Assembly: GCA_964567575.1 (NCBI GenBank)
Contig: CAZMMZ010000002.1
Location: forward strand, 1-64,000
Origin: Candidatus Undinarchaeota archaeon
GTDB taxonomy: Archaea; Undinarchaeota; Undinarchaeia; Undinarchaeales; UBA543
Reading direction: 5' to 3'
DNA length: 64,000 bases
A program made the position numbers and the translations under genes. This document shows positions 48,891 to 59,522 of this stretch, piece by piece. Numbering within the stretch: position 1 is the first letter of the stretch; each line of letters begins with the position of its first letter. Under the pieces are notes generated by a model that was not told the origin of the DNA, searched no databases, and worked only from the letters and a program-made list of their open reading frames with translations.

Positions 48891-49802
48891 ATGCAAATTG
48901 TAATTAGAGAAGGAAAAAAAGTAAAATCTGTTTCTGCAAAAGAGATAGGCGGCGCCCAAATTAAGAGTCTTAGCTCTGACTTGGCCCAACAGGTATTAAA
49001 AATTCTTTCAAAGGGGGAGAGTTATCCAAAGGAGATTGCAAAGAATTTGAAAATGCATGAGCAAAAAGTGTATTATCATATTCGTAATTTGGAAAAAGCT
49101 GGCATCATTAAAGTTATTCGCGAGGAAACTCGACAAGGTGCAACTGCAAAATACTATGCTCTTTGTGATTCAGCCTTTGTAATGCGTTATCAAGATTTCC
49201 AAGATGCTAAAAAAATTGCTGAAGATACTATAGATTTGCAACCATTTGTTTCAAATGGTGAGCTTCACTCTACAATCGTTATCGGTAGCCCGTTTTCGCA
49301 CGGGCCAGAACGCTCGCAATCAAGAGATGGTTATTACGGAGTTGATCTTGCGCTTTTCTTAGGAACTTTCTTAACACATTTACCAGATTCAAAAGTTCGA
49401 ATGGATACTGAAATGAAGGCAGAAGACCTAAAAGAAAATTTAATTTTGCTGGGTGGACCTGCTGTTAACAAAATTTTGGAAAGAGTGAACAGTAAATTGC
49501 CAATACGTTTTGTAAAAGATAAGAAATGGTACATTTATTCAAGGTATTCAAAAAAGAAATACACAGCTGATGAATGCGGAATGATTGTTGAAGCCGAGAA
49601 TCCGTTTGCAAAAGGAAAACGATTGCTTATAATTGCTGGAATTCGATATTCTGGGACAAAAGCTGCGGTTCTTGCTCTAATAAAAGGCTTTGACAAATTT
49701 GTTAAGGGAAATAAATATAATAAAAAAGCAAAAGCTAGTGTTGTTGAAGGTTTTGATGCGGATTCAGATGGAATTTTAGATACTGTGGAGTTTTCAGAGT
49801 AA
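48891..49802 (+). CDS. ArsR-type HTH regulator with S-layer-like C-terminal domain
   Basis: YPKEIAK.L...EQKVYYHIRNLEKAGII HTH; NLILLGGPAVN motif. Confidence 0.7.
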   Translation: MQIVIREGKKVKSVSAKEIGGAQIKSLSSDLAQQVLKILSKGESYPKEIAKNLKMHEQKVYYHIRNLEKAGIIKVIREETRQGATAKYYALCDSAFVMRYQDFQDAKKIAEDTIDLQPFVSNGELHSTIVIGSPFSHGPERSQSRDGYYGVDLALFLGTFLTHLPDSKVRMDTEMKAEDLKENLILLGGPAVNKILERVNSKLPIRFVKDKKWYIYSRYSKKKYTADECGMIVEAENPFAKGKRLLIIAGIRYSGTKAAVLALIKGFDKFVKGNKYNKKAKASVVEGFDADSDGILDTVEFSE

Positions 49803-50554
49803 TGGAATTAATTGATGTACATTCACACATCTCTGCAAGACAATTTGACAATGATAGAGAGGGTGTAGTGCAACACTCGCTTGATAGCGGTTTATTAATG
49901 ATTCTTGATTCTGGAGAAACTTTAAAAGAAAATGAAAAGTCTTTGGATATTTCAGAGAAATTTGCAGGTGTGAAATCCTGCGCAGGGTTCAGTCCTAAGA
50001 ATATCAAAGCATTAGATGCAAAACTTGTTCTATCTTATATTCGTGCAAATGCAGATAAGTTTGTTGCAATCGGAGAAGTTGGTTTAGATTACTGGTACAT
50101 TAAAGAACATGCTGATCGCGAAAAGCAAAAGAAAATATTTGTTGATTTTATTGAACTTGCAGTTGAATTAGATAAGCCGCTTGTTATTCATTCTCGTTCT
50201 GCTGGGAAATATGCAATTGATTTGTTAATTGCAAATAATGCAACGCGTGTTTGCATGCATGCATTCGATGGTTCTACAAAAAGCGCGCAAGCAGGAGTTG
50301 ATGCAGGATTTTTCTTTTCAATTCCACCTAGTGTAACTCATTCTGAACAAAAAAGAAAACTTGTTGAGAAGCTTCCAATTGAGAATATACTACTTGAAAG
50401 TGATGCGCCTGCTCTTGGTCCTGAGAAAGGAAAGAAAAACACACCTAAAAACATTGTTATTTCTCTTGAGGAAATTGCAAAAATTAAACAATTGGATAAA
50501 TCCGAAGTTGCAAGAGTAACAACTGAGAATGCACGAAATTTGTTCAAATTGTAG
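49802..50554 (+). CDS. tatD: TatD family nuclease
   Basis: DVHSH, IGEVGLD, LVIHSR, MHAF, LESDAP. Confidence 0.92.
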   Translation: MELIDVHSHISARQFDNDREGVVQHSLDSGLLMILDSGETLKENEKSLDISEKFAGVKSCAGFSPKNIKALDAKLVLSYIRANADKFVAIGEVGLDYWYIKEHADREKQKKIFVDFIELAVELDKPLVIHSRSAGKYAIDLLIANNATRVCMHAFDGSTKSAQAGVDAGFFFSIPPSVTHSEQKRKLVEKLPIENILLESDAPALGPEKGKKNTPKNIVISLEEIAKIKQLDKSEVARVTTENARNLFKL

Positions 50555-50616
50555 TACTGACATATGTCAGTAAAGCTTAAATACTGGTTTATTCACGTTT
50601 CTGTTGAAGTGAAGCT

Positions 50617-51291
50617 ATGAAGAAACAAAATCTAATAATCATTGTTTTGATGATAGTTATACCTCTGACTCTGTTCTTTTTGTCAGACTCGATATTAGCT
50701 GATGGTTTTGAATCTGAATCACCAACAGGTTTTGTTACATTTGAAACTGTAGAATCTGAATGGGATTCATATGAGTACGGTTTTTTTGATACAAAAGCAG
50801 GTGCATGTAATCCTGAATATTTTTCATCTTCACCGAGAATGAATTCTTTTGAATTAACTCCAGATATTGCAGAACTTTCAAATTATCTAACAGCTGATGT
50901 AACTACAGATCTTGACAAAGCTTACAAGCTTTTCGAATATACATCGCTTGATATCCTTTATGTTACTTATTCAAATGATTGGAGAACTCCAACTGAAGTT
51001 CTTGAAACAATGGATGGAGATTGCACAGACAAATCAATTGTTCTTGTTTCTCTTTTAGAAGAAGCAGGAATTGAAGCGTATGTTGTTTATGGTGGAGAAA
51101 ACGAACTTTCTTATCAGCATGCTTGGGTTGTTGCAAACATCAATGGCGAATGGTTTGAAATGGATGCAACTTCAGAAGACTTTTATTCTGTTTACAAGTG
51201 CAAGCAGAATAAAGATTGTATTCATGAGAAATATTACAATGAAGTGCTTGGTGTTTTTGGTCCAGACATTGCTTTGAAATGTGCAAATTAG
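50617..51291 (+). CDS. Membrane-anchored transglutaminase-like protein
   Basis: N-terminal TM; GDCTDKS, HAWV, DAT (Cys-His-Asp triad). Confidence 0.85.
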   Translation: MKKQNLIIIVLMIVIPLTLFFLSDSILADGFESESPTGFVTFETVESEWDSYEYGFFDTKAGACNPEYFSSSPRMNSFELTPDIAELSNYLTADVTTDLDKAYKLFEYTSLDILYVTYSNDWRTPTEVLETMDGDCTDKSIVLVSLLEEAGIEAYVVYGGENELSYQHAWVVANINGEWFEMDATSEDFYSVYKCKQNKDCIHEKYYNEVLGVFGPDIALKCAN

Positions 51292-53157
51292 TTATTTCAA
51301 AACTTCTTTCCGTAATAATTCCATAACTTGTTTACCATCAGCTTTACCACGAACTTCTTTCATAACTAATCCCATTAGCGGTTGTATCGCTCGCTCACCC
51401 TTTTCCTTAATTAATTTCTGATGTTTCTTAATAATATCACTAATAACTTTTTCAAGAGCATTTGATTTAATACTTCCAGCACCCGCTTTCTTTATAATTT
51501 CTTCAAGTTTTAATTCAGGTTTCTTGAACCAAGCTTCCAGAATTTGTGGAATTGCTTCTTTACTGAATTTTCCAGAAACAAGTGCGTTGAATAATGTGCG
51601 CAAATGTTCTTCAGAAAGTTCAATTTCATTTTCTTTTCCAATGTTTTTCAAAGTCGCTGTTAAAGTTGTTGCAATTAAAGTTGGATCTGCTTTTGTATTT
51701 ACAAGTTCATTAAACAAATCAAAGAATTTTGAACGATAAATTGTTTCTGCTAATTCATGAGACATCTTGTGTTTTTTACTTAGGTTCTCAATTTGTTTCC
51801 AAGGCAATTCAGGAAGTTTTTTATTTAATTCAGAAAGATATTTTTTTGTAGCTTGTATTGGTGGCAAATCAGTTTCTGGATACATTCTTGATTTCCCAGG
51901 AAGCGGTCGTAAATAAGTTGAGGTTCCATCTAATTGCGCTTTTCTCGTTTCTTCAGGAACACCATCAAATGTCATATTAACTCGGTTCAAAGCTGCATTA
52001 ATACATTTCTCACAGCGTTCTTTTGTTTCTGCAATAAGAATGAATGCATCTTTTTCTTTGCATTTTAATGTTGATTTTAAATTTTTAACTTCCTCTTCTG
52101 TAATTCCATAATTTGGAAGTTCATCACTGTGGAATAATCCTTTTGCCCCTAGCGATTTTGCATAATCTGATATCTCAGAACCAAGTCGACGTCCTGGCTG
52201 AACGTCTTTTCCCAGTAATCCGGAAAATCCTGGAAGCTTGATAGCCATTATTTGCCCTTTTTTCTCATGAGCGCGTTTGATAACTTTTGATTTACTTTTT
52301 TTAAGAAGATCTGTTACATCTTTTGGTTTCTCATTTACTTTTGTTACTTTTCTTTTCTTTAATTCATCCCGAATTTCAAGAAGTTTTACTTGTCGTAAAA
52401 CTTCATTTTCAACTTGCTTGCCGAGCATGTTCAGATCCTGCACACCTTTCAATTCAACACGTGCCCCTTCTTTAATTGAAATATTCAAATCCTGTCGGAT
52501 TGTTCCAATACCACGTTTTACTTTTCTTGTAGCTCGTAGAATATCTCCAAGTGCGCGAGCAACTTTTTTTGCTTCTTCAGGAGTGTGAATGCAAGGATCG
52601 GTGGCGATTTCAACAAGTGGAATCCCTAAACGATCTAAGTTGTAAATTGTTTTGCCTTCTTCCTCGCCAATTTTTCGCGCAGCATCTTCTTCAATACAAA
52701 CACTTAGAATTTTGCAGTTGGTTCCTTGAATATCAAGTTCTCCATTATCTGCAAGCAAAGAGGTTCGCTGGAATCCTGAAACATTTGAACCATCAATAAC
52801 AGTTTTTCGCATGATAAAGGTTTCATCAAGAATATCACAATTCAACATTAAACAAACTAAGTGAGAAATTTCAAGTGCTTCTTGATTTATTTGATTCGGT
52901 GGTTGCTCATCTGTTTCAATCATGCAATTGCAATCTGTCCAACCATGATAAACATAAGAATGTCCGCGAAGAAATGCTTGAAGCGCTGCTGGATCAATAA
53001 CTCCAGTTTCTCCAGCTACAGGACGCAAGCTTCTGTTTATTTTAAAATTTGGAGTTCCATCTTTAAGCATTGATGGACAATTACAAAAAAGTTTTTTAGT
53101 ATCTAATTGCTGGTGTATTTCCAGTCCTGCTTTTAGTCCCAGTTTCTTATAATCCAT
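51292..53157 (-). CDS. gatE: Glu-tRNA(Gln) amidotransferase subunit E
   Basis: GLKAGLEIHQQL..KKLFC.C, DRLGIPLVEIAT, RGIGTIRQD, PG..RMYPETD. Confidence 0.97.
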   Translation of the reverse strand: MDYKKLGLKAGLEIHQQLDTKKLFCNCPSMLKDGTPNFKINRSLRPVAGETGVIDPAALQAFLRGHSYVYHGWTDCNCMIETDEQPPNQINQEALEISHLVCLMLNCDILDETFIMRKTVIDGSNVSGFQRTSLLADNGELDIQGTNCKILSVCIEEDAARKIGEEEGKTIYNLDRLGIPLVEIATDPCIHTPEEAKKVARALGDILRATRKVKRGIGTIRQDLNISIKEGARVELKGVQDLNMLGKQVENEVLRQVKLLEIRDELKKRKVTKVNEKPKDVTDLLKKSKSKVIKRAHEKKGQIMAIKLPGFSGLLGKDVQPGRRLGSEISDYAKSLGAKGLFHSDELPNYGITEEEVKNLKSTLKCKEKDAFILIAETKERCEKCINAALNRVNMTFDGVPEETRKAQLDGTSTYLRPLPGKSRMYPETDLPPIQATKKYLSELNKKLPELPWKQIENLSKKHKMSHELAETIYRSKFFDLFNELVNTKADPTLIATTLTATLKNIGKENEIELSEEHLRTLFNALVSGKFSKEAIPQILEAWFKKPELKLEEIIKKAGAGSIKSNALEKVISDIIKKHQKLIKEKGERAIQPLMGLVMKEVRGKADGKQVMELLRKEVLK

Positions 53158-53229
53158 TAGAAGTGTGTTTAATGTGTAGGTTTTTAATGTTTTCCTGTTA
53201 TAACTTAATTTAGCAAAAGTTCAAAAATA

Positions 53230-53531
53230 TCACATTTGTGTAATGCCGTGCTGATCAAGGACTGTTTTAAAACTTTTTACAACGGTTTCAACATTTGTTC
53301 CTTTTACTCTCCAACCAATCTTCATTTCTACTGATTTCATCTTCGTATCTACCTTATTTACTTTTATTTTCTTAGTAGTTATTTTTATAGACATTACTTT
53401 AATTCCATTAAAGGCCCGATTTGTTCTTTTTATTTCTTTTATTTTATCTATAATTTCCCTGTCTGTTCCCAGTCCAGGATAAAGATCAAATTTAACGTTT
53501 ACTATAATAATTTAGATATAGTATTCTTCAT
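53230..53531 (-). pseudogene. Small alpha/beta protein gene with one-base frameshift (or non-AUG start) between gatD and gatE
   Basis: 93-codon open frame 53511-53230 with no canonical start near its 5' end; ATG AAG AAT ACT ATA TCT AAA at 53531 joins it if one A is added. Confidence 0.45.
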
Positions 53532-53544
53532 ATTTAAACCTTTT

Positions 53545-54825
53545 TCAGTTCAAAAACGCTTTAGGATCAATTCGCTCATTAAATTCCCCTGCAATATTTT
53601 CTAACATCTTTTCTTTTACATCCCAATTTTTATGAGCAAGAACCCAGCTGAGTTTTACATAAGCAGTTTCAGGAAGCATATCTTTTAGGAATACGCATCC
53701 AGCGTCTTTTAATAATCTTCCTGCTGAGTAAACATAAGGATCTGTAGTTCCATAAAATGCTTGGCTTGTTATTCCAATGAAAACTCCTTTCTTTATTGCT
53801 TTTTTTATAACTGGGAGCCAATTATATTTTTCATCAGTAGGTTGTGTTGCAATATGTCCAAATCCAGTTCCAGCAAGTATTACTCCTTTGAAACCTTTCT
53901 CAAGAAGGAAGTCAAGTCTTTCTGGTTTTGAACTTGGATAAGAATACATAAGTCCTACTGCTCGTTCGAATTTATTATCAAGTTCTACTTTTCCCGTGCT
54001 TCTTGTTTTATGGTCTGTATTACCAATTATGATATTTCCATCTGGGAATATTTGTGCAAGTGGAGAATCATTAATTGGTCTGAAAGCATCTCGTCTTGAT
54101 GTGTGCATTTTTCTTACTTTAGTTCCGCGGTTTGCAATACAATGATCATCATTACTTGTTCCATGCATTACAATTGCAACTTCAGCAATATCTGAAATAC
54201 AATATTGTGCAGCACACATTAAATTCTGAGCACCATCAAATGAACCTCTATCTGTAGAACGCTGTGCACCAACAACAGCAACTGGCTTGTTTAAGTTGCG
54301 AAGCATGAATGCTAAAGCAGCAGAGGTGTAATGCAGAGTATCGGTTCCATGGGTTACAATAACTCCTTCTGCTCCTGAATTTAATTCCTTTGCAACAGAT
54401 TCAGCAATCTTTCCCCATTCTGTTATTGTCATGTCCTCGCTTAGCATCTGAAAAGGACTTACCATATTCTTAATACTAACATGTTCGGCAAGTTCTGGTA
54501 TTTTTGAAAGTAATTCTTCTGGAGATTCCGTTGGAAAAACTCCACCTGTTTTGTAATCAACTGTAGAAGTGATTGTTCCTCCTGTTGATACAATAGAAAT
54601 TTGTGATTTTGTTTTGTCAAATTTTGTTGTTTTCTTTTTTGGACGTGCCCCAGCTTTTGTAATAATTTGAGAAGAAACAATACTGTCTTTTGGAAGTCCG
54701 ATGTTATATCCATTATCCAGTTTCAGAACTAAGTGTGTATCATCTGCAAGTCCTGTACGCGGTAGCAAAATTCCTTGGTACTCACGCGTTTTCGTTTTGA
54801 TTTTGACAAGGTCACCTGTGTTCAT
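53545..54825 (-). CDS. gatD: Glu-tRNA(Gln) amidotransferase subunit D
   Basis: LKLDNGYNIG, STGGTI, HGTDT, QRS.DR.S.D, HTSRRDAF. Confidence 0.97.
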   Translation of the reverse strand: MNTGDLVKIKTKTREYQGILLPRTGLADDTHLVLKLDNGYNIGLPKDSIVSSQIITKAGARPKKKTTKFDKTKSQISIVSTGGTITSTVDYKTGGVFPTESPEELLSKIPELAEHVSIKNMVSPFQMLSEDMTITEWGKIAESVAKELNSGAEGVIVTHGTDTLHYTSAALAFMLRNLNKPVAVVGAQRSTDRGSFDGAQNLMCAAQYCISDIAEVAIVMHGTSNDDHCIANRGTKVRKMHTSRRDAFRPINDSPLAQIFPDGNIIIGNTDHKTRSTGKVELDNKFERAVGLMYSYPSSKPERLDFLLEKGFKGVILAGTGFGHIATQPTDEKYNWLPVIKKAIKKGVFIGITSQAFYGTTDPYVYSAGRLLKDAGCVFLKDMLPETAYVKLSWVLAHKNWDVKEKMLENIAGEFNERIDPKAFLN

Positions 54826-54859
54826 GGTCGGTATAAAGTGTAATGGCTTATAAGGTTTT

Positions 54860-54982
54860 TCAGAAAACCCCAATTAGCTTTAGAAGAAAAAAGATAAACC
54901 CAATCACAACTAAAATACTAACAACTATAGGAGCGAATGTCATAAATAAAAAAACTTTCTCCCGCTTCTTCGGGTCTTTCAT
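54860..54982 (-). CDS. Small single-pass membrane protein (40 aa)
   Basis: MKDPKKREKVFLFMTFAPIVVSILVVIGFIFFLLKLIGVF. Confidence 0.55.
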   Translation of the reverse strand: MKDPKKREKVFLFMTFAPIVVSILVVIGFIFFLLKLIGVF

Positions 54983-55004
54983 TATGCGTTTTAACCAGGA
55001 ATTT

Positions 55005-55376
55005 CTACTCATTCAATATTGTTCTTTCAAGTGGTAGTAATACCACAAAACCAAGGAAGTCGCCTTTGGATACGTTTCCATCTATAATAGATGTGAATCG
55101 AGCGTATTCTATCTTCCGGTCCATGTCTAATGGTTTTGGTTCTGTTTCACTTACTCCAGATACATTTCCATTTTTGTTCATCCTATATAGGGATGTAAAA
55201 ACCATATGGTTTGCAGGGATGTGTATGTTTTTCACTTTTATGGATTGGCATATCCCTTTCTTAATGATATGATCTTCATCTGCTATTAGATGTTCGACCT
55301 TGCCATGGTCTTGTTTAATACCCACAGCTTGTCTTTTACTTTTAAAATCCTGCCAAAATTTATCAATTGTTGTCAT
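55005..55376 (-). CDS. DUF22 family protein
   Basis: LIADED..IKKG....IKVK.I.IP.N, G.V.KGD.LG pattern; overlaps the atpD stop. Confidence 0.7.
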   Translation of the reverse strand: MTTIDKFWQDFKSKRQAVGIKQDHGKVEHLIADEDHIIKKGICQSIKVKNIHIPANHMVFTSLYRMNKNGNVSGVSETEPKPLDMDRKIEYARFTSIIDGNVSKGDFLGFVVLLPLERTILNE

Positions 55377-56028
55377 TTAATGATACCTCTTTTTTCTTTG
55401 CCAATTTTCCCTTGATTTTCTTTAATCGTGAAAAGTCTTCTCGTTCCATTTCATCTAAACGCATTCTAATGAATTTGCTAGTATTTTTCATTCGCGGAAT
55501 CACAATATATTCAAGAGCATTAACACGGCGTTTTGTTTTTTCAACTTCACTTGCAAGAAGTTCAATTGTTTTTTCAATTTCTGCCATTTGCACAACTAAC
55601 TTGAGTGCGTTTTCAAATTTGCCAGCTGCTTCATCCAAACTAGCTGAAGTTGTTATTGGGCTGTATCCTCGGTTTGAAAGATTTCTATCTTCTTCATCTA
55701 ATTTGATTTCCGGAACCTTAATCCCAATAATGTTTCTTGTTTGGAATTCAGCATTTGCAATTTCACGAACAGCCATTGCTGCGCTTGTAACTTCCATTGG
55801 TCCCATTATTGATTTTGCTTTAACAAGATCGCCGTAAGCATTTTTGAAATATTTTTCAGCATCATCACGGAGCGTAGCACCTTTTTTAATAATATCAAGA
55901 AATTTCATGATAAGCGCATCTCGCTTTTCTTTCAGAAGCTTGTATCCTTTCTCCGCTAGCTTCGTCTTTTTCTTGAGCTGTATCAGCTCCATTCTTGTCG
56001 GGTTTATCCCCGCAATGAGGTCTGCCAT
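55363..56028 (-). CDS. atpD: A-type ATP synthase subunit D
   Basis: PTRMEL..LK...GYKLLKEKRDAL, TKRRVNALEY..IP. Confidence 0.96.
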   Translation of the reverse strand: MADLIAGINPTRMELIQLKKKTKLAEKGYKLLKEKRDALIMKFLDIIKKGATLRDDAEKYFKNAYGDLVKAKSIMGPMEVTSAAMAVREIANAEFQTRNIIGIKVPEIKLDEEDRNLSNRGYSPITTSASLDEAAGKFENALKLVVQMAEIEKTIELLASEVEKTKRRVNALEYIVIPRMKNTSKFIRMRLDEMEREDFSRLKKIKGKLAKKKEVSLNDNN

Positions 56029-56036
56029 TTATTATT

Positions 56037-57419
56037 TTACTCCGGTTTCAAATATTTCTCAATGTGTTCTGGTTTGAGACGTTTCAATTCTTCTCTTGGT
56101 AAGATGTTAAACATGTCCCAACACAAGTCGAGTGTTTGTTCAATTGTCCTGTTCTCATCTTTACCTTGAGTAACGAATCTCTTTTCAAACTCTTGAGCGA
56201 ATTTCAAGAAAGATTTATCACGTTCTGAAAGTGCTTCTTCTCCAATAACAGCAACAAGATCCTGCAAACTTCTTCCTTCTGCATATGCAGAATAAGCCTG
56301 GTTTGAAACACTAGAATGATCCTCTCTTGTTTTGCCTGGTCCAATACCCTTGTTCATCAAACGAGACAAACAAGGAAGTACATCAACAGGTGGGAATACG
56401 CCTTTCTTATGCAATTCTCTTGAAAGAACAATCTGTCCCTCTGTAATGTATCCAGTTAAATCAGGAATTGGGTGTGTTATATCATCCTGAGGCATGGAAA
56501 GAATTGGGAGCTGAGTGATTGAACCTTTTTGTCCCTCAATTTTTCCAGCACGTTCATACAAACATGCCAAATCAGTGTACATGTATCCTGGATAACCACG
56601 TCTTCCTGGAACTTCTTCCCGAGCTGCTGAAATTTCACGAAGAGCTTCACAATAGTTTGTCATGTCAGTTAGAATAACAAGAACATGCATTCCTTTTTCA
56701 AACGCAAGATACTCAGCTGCTGTAAGTGCCGCTCTTGGAGTAATAATACGTTCAATTGTTGGATCGTTTGCCAAGTTGACAAACATAACTACATTTTCAA
56801 GAGCTCCTGATTTCTCAAAATCCTCTTTGAAAAATGCTGCTTCTTCGAAAGTAATTCCCATAGCTGCGAAAATAACAGCGAAGTTTTCCTTTGATCCAAG
56901 AACTTTTGCTTGTCGCGCAATCTGAGCAGCAAGCTCGTTGTGCGGCAAACCAGATCCTGAGAAAATAGGAAGTTTCTGTCCTCGAACCAATGTGTTCATT
57001 CCATCAATTGTTGAAACACCAGTTTGAATGAAATCCTCTGGGTATTCTCGAGATGTTGGATTAATTGGCGCACCGTTAATGTCAATGAATTTCTCAGCAA
57101 CAAGTTTTGGGCCATTGTCTAGTGGTTCTCCTCGAGAGTTGAACACACGACCAAGCATGTCTTCAGCTACTGGGAGCATAACTCCTTTTCCAGTGAATCG
57201 AGTGCTTGTTTTGTCAGTGTCAAGACTTCGTGTTCCTTCAAAAACCTGAACAATTGCAGTTGAACCTGCAACTTCAAGAACCTGTCCAAAACGCTTTTCC
57301 TTTTCAGGTGATTTAATTTCAACAAGTTCATTGTAAGTTACTCCTTCAACGCCTTCAACAACAATTAAAGGTCCACTAACTTCTTTTACTGTAGTATATT
57401 CTTTGTTTTTGTCTGTCAT
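56037..57419 (-). CDS. atpB: A-type ATP synthase subunit B
   Basis: [41 protein letters not shown]. Confidence 0.98.
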   Translation of the reverse strand: MTDKNKEYTTVKEVSGPLIVVEGVEGVTYNELVEIKSPEKEKRFGQVLEVAGSTAIVQVFEGTRSLDTDKTSTRFTGKGVMLPVAEDMLGRVFNSRGEPLDNGPKLVAEKFIDINGAPINPTSREYPEDFIQTGVSTIDGMNTLVRGQKLPIFSGSGLPHNELAAQIARQAKVLGSKENFAVIFAAMGITFEEAAFFKEDFEKSGALENVVMFVNLANDPTIERIITPRAALTAAEYLAFEKGMHVLVILTDMTNYCEALREISAAREEVPGRRGYPGYMYTDLACLYERAGKIEGQKGSITQLPILSMPQDDITHPIPDLTGYITEGQIVLSRELHKKGVFPPVDVLPCLSRLMNKGIGPGKTREDHSSVSNQAYSAYAEGRSLQDLVAVIGEEALSERDKSFLKFAQEFEKRFVTQGKDENRTIEQTLDLCWDMFNILPREELKRLKPEHIEKYLKPE

Positions 57420-59191
57420 TATTCTTGCACCCCCGTTACAATTTTTTCACGCGTCATCAAGTTGTTAATACCTTCTTCAAACTTGTGTTTGATGTCTCTG
57501 ATTTTTGCGCTAACTTTTGATTCTTCAAGATATTTAACAGCTGCAATAGCTTCAATAACAGGGATTTTTGAAATACCTGTATTAGCAATTCCTGCTTCTA
57601 CTGCTTCCTGTGCTTTATGATGTTTCCAAAGAATAAGTTCAAGTAAATCAAATTGTTTCTTTGGTGAAGTGTAGGTATCAACCTCATCATACGCATTTTG
57701 CTGCAAGAAATCCTCTCTCAAGGATCTTGCGGTTTCAAGAAGAAGTTTGTCTTTTTCTGGTAATGCATCTGGTCCAACCAGTCTGACAATTTCTTGAAGT
57801 TCAGCTTCTCTTTGCAAAATAGTCATTGCTTCTGTTTTTGCTTCGAGCCAGTTTCCAACTTCTTTATTCCACCAGCTAGCTACATTGTCATTATACAAGG
57901 AATATGATGTAAGCCAGTTGATACTTGGGAAGTGACGTTTGTTTGCAAGATCTGCATCAAGCGCCCAGAAAACTTTACAAATACGTAGTGTATTTTGTGT
58001 AACTGGTTCTGAGAAATCCCCTCCAGGAGGACTGACAGCTCCAATAACAGAAACTGAGCCTTTCTTTTCTTCTGTACCAAGTGTTTGAACAACACCAGCA
58101 CGTTCATAGAATTGAGCAATTCTTGGTGCGAGGTAGGCTGGATAACCTTCCTCACCAGGCATCTCTTCAAGACGTGAACTGATTTCTCTCATAGCTTCTG
58201 CCCAACGGGATGTTGAGTCAGCCATGAGCGCAACATTGTAACCCATGTCTCGGTAATACTCAGCAATTGTAATACCTGTGTAAATTGAAGCTTCACGAGC
58301 TGCTACAGGCATGTTTGAAGTGTTTGCAATAAGTACAGTTCTTTCAAGAAGTGCTTTTCCAGTTCTTGGATCTTTCAAGTGTGGGAATTCTTTTAATACA
58401 TCAGTCATTTCATTTCCACGCTCACCACATCCAATGTAGATAATAATATCTGCATCAGACCACTTTGCAAGTTGTTGCTGCATGACAGTTTTTCCAGCAC
58501 CGAAAGGTCCTGGGATTGAACTTGCTCCGCCTTTAGCAACTGGGAAGAAAGTGTCAACAATTCTTTGTCCAGTAATCAATGGGATTGTTGGTTTGAATTT
58601 TTCAGTATATGGTCTTGGAATACGAACTGGCCATTTCTGTGCCATCTGAACTGCTTTTCCACCAATCTCAGCAATAGTTGTATGAACTGTGTATTTTCCT
58701 TCGCTAACAATTGAAGTAATTTCTCCTTTCATTTTTGGAGGTACCATAACTTTGTGTTCAACAACTTCAGATTCTTTGACAATACCAAGAACGTCTCCAC
58801 CAACTACTTTTGCACCTTTCTTAGCTACTGGTTTAAAATCCCAAGTCTTTTTTGTATCAAGAGTTGGAACGTCAATACCACGTGTGATGAAAGTACCAGC
58901 TTTCTTTTTGATATTCTCTAAAGGTCTGGCTATCCCATCATAGGTAGTTCCCATTAAACCTGGTCCAAGTTCGACAGAGAGAGGCATGCCTGTGTTTTCT
59001 ACAGGTTGCCCTGGTCCGATTCCTGCAGTCTCCTCATAAACCTGAATTGTGGCTGTGTCACCATTGAGCTGAATGACCTCTCCTAGAAGGCCTTCTTCTC
59101 CGACTTTGACAACGTCGTACATCTTAGAACCTTTCATGTTGTCTGCAACAATGACTGGTCCCGCTATTCGTGTAATCTTTCCTTTTATCAC
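57419..59191 (-). CDS. atpA: A-type ATP synthase subunit A
   Basis: [29 protein letters not shown]; GTG start 59191 after GGAGG; no intein. Confidence 0.98.
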   Translation of the reverse strand: MIKGKITRIAGPVIVADNMKGSKMYDVVKVGEEGLLGEVIQLNGDTATIQVYEETAGIGPGQPVENTGMPLSVELGPGLMGTTYDGIARPLENIKKKAGTFITRGIDVPTLDTKKTWDFKPVAKKGAKVVGGDVLGIVKESEVVEHKVMVPPKMKGEITSIVSEGKYTVHTTIAEIGGKAVQMAQKWPVRIPRPYTEKFKPTIPLITGQRIVDTFFPVAKGGASSIPGPFGAGKTVMQQQLAKWSDADIIIYIGCGERGNEMTDVLKEFPHLKDPRTGKALLERTVLIANTSNMPVAAREASIYTGITIAEYYRDMGYNVALMADSTSRWAEAMREISSRLEEMPGEEGYPAYLAPRIAQFYERAGVVQTLGTEEKKGSVSVIGAVSPPGGDFSEPVTQNTLRICKVFWALDADLANKRHFPSINWLTSYSLYNDNVASWWNKEVGNWLEAKTEAMTILQREAELQEIVRLVGPDALPEKDKLLLETARSLREDFLQQNAYDEVDTYTSPKKQFDLLELILWKHHKAQEAVEAGIANTGISKIPVIEAIAAVKYLEESKVSAKIRDIKHKFEEGINNLMTREKIVTGVQE

Positions 59192-59192
59192 T

Positions 59193-59522
59193 TTACTGTT
59201 CCTCCGTTTTCTTTGAAGTAATATCAATGCCAACCGCCTTGCGTATCATTTCTTGGATTTCTTTTTTTGCATGTCCTGTAGTGCCTGTTTTATCAGGGAC
59301 TTCTATCACCACTGGGTGCGGTTTGCTTCTGAGTTTTCGAATCTGTTCATCTGCATAACTTGCATGATTCTCTGAAATTATAATAATGTCATATTCTTTC
59401 TGAAGTAGTTCTTCCAAAACTTGAGGAGTATCATTGATTTTATCAACACGAGCAACTGCTGTAACTCCAGCAAGTCTGAAACCAGTTGTCATATCTTTAT
59501 CGCCTATCACACAAATGTTCAT
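59193..59522 (-). CDS. atpF: A-type ATP synthase subunit F
   Basis: [18 protein letters not shown]...IRKAVGIDI. Confidence 0.95.
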   Translation of the reverse strand: MNICVIGDKDMTTGFRLAGVTAVARVDKINDTPQVLEELLQKEYDIIIISENHASYADEQIRKLRSKPHPVVIEVPDKTGTTGHAKKEIQEMIRKAVGIDITSKKTEEQ

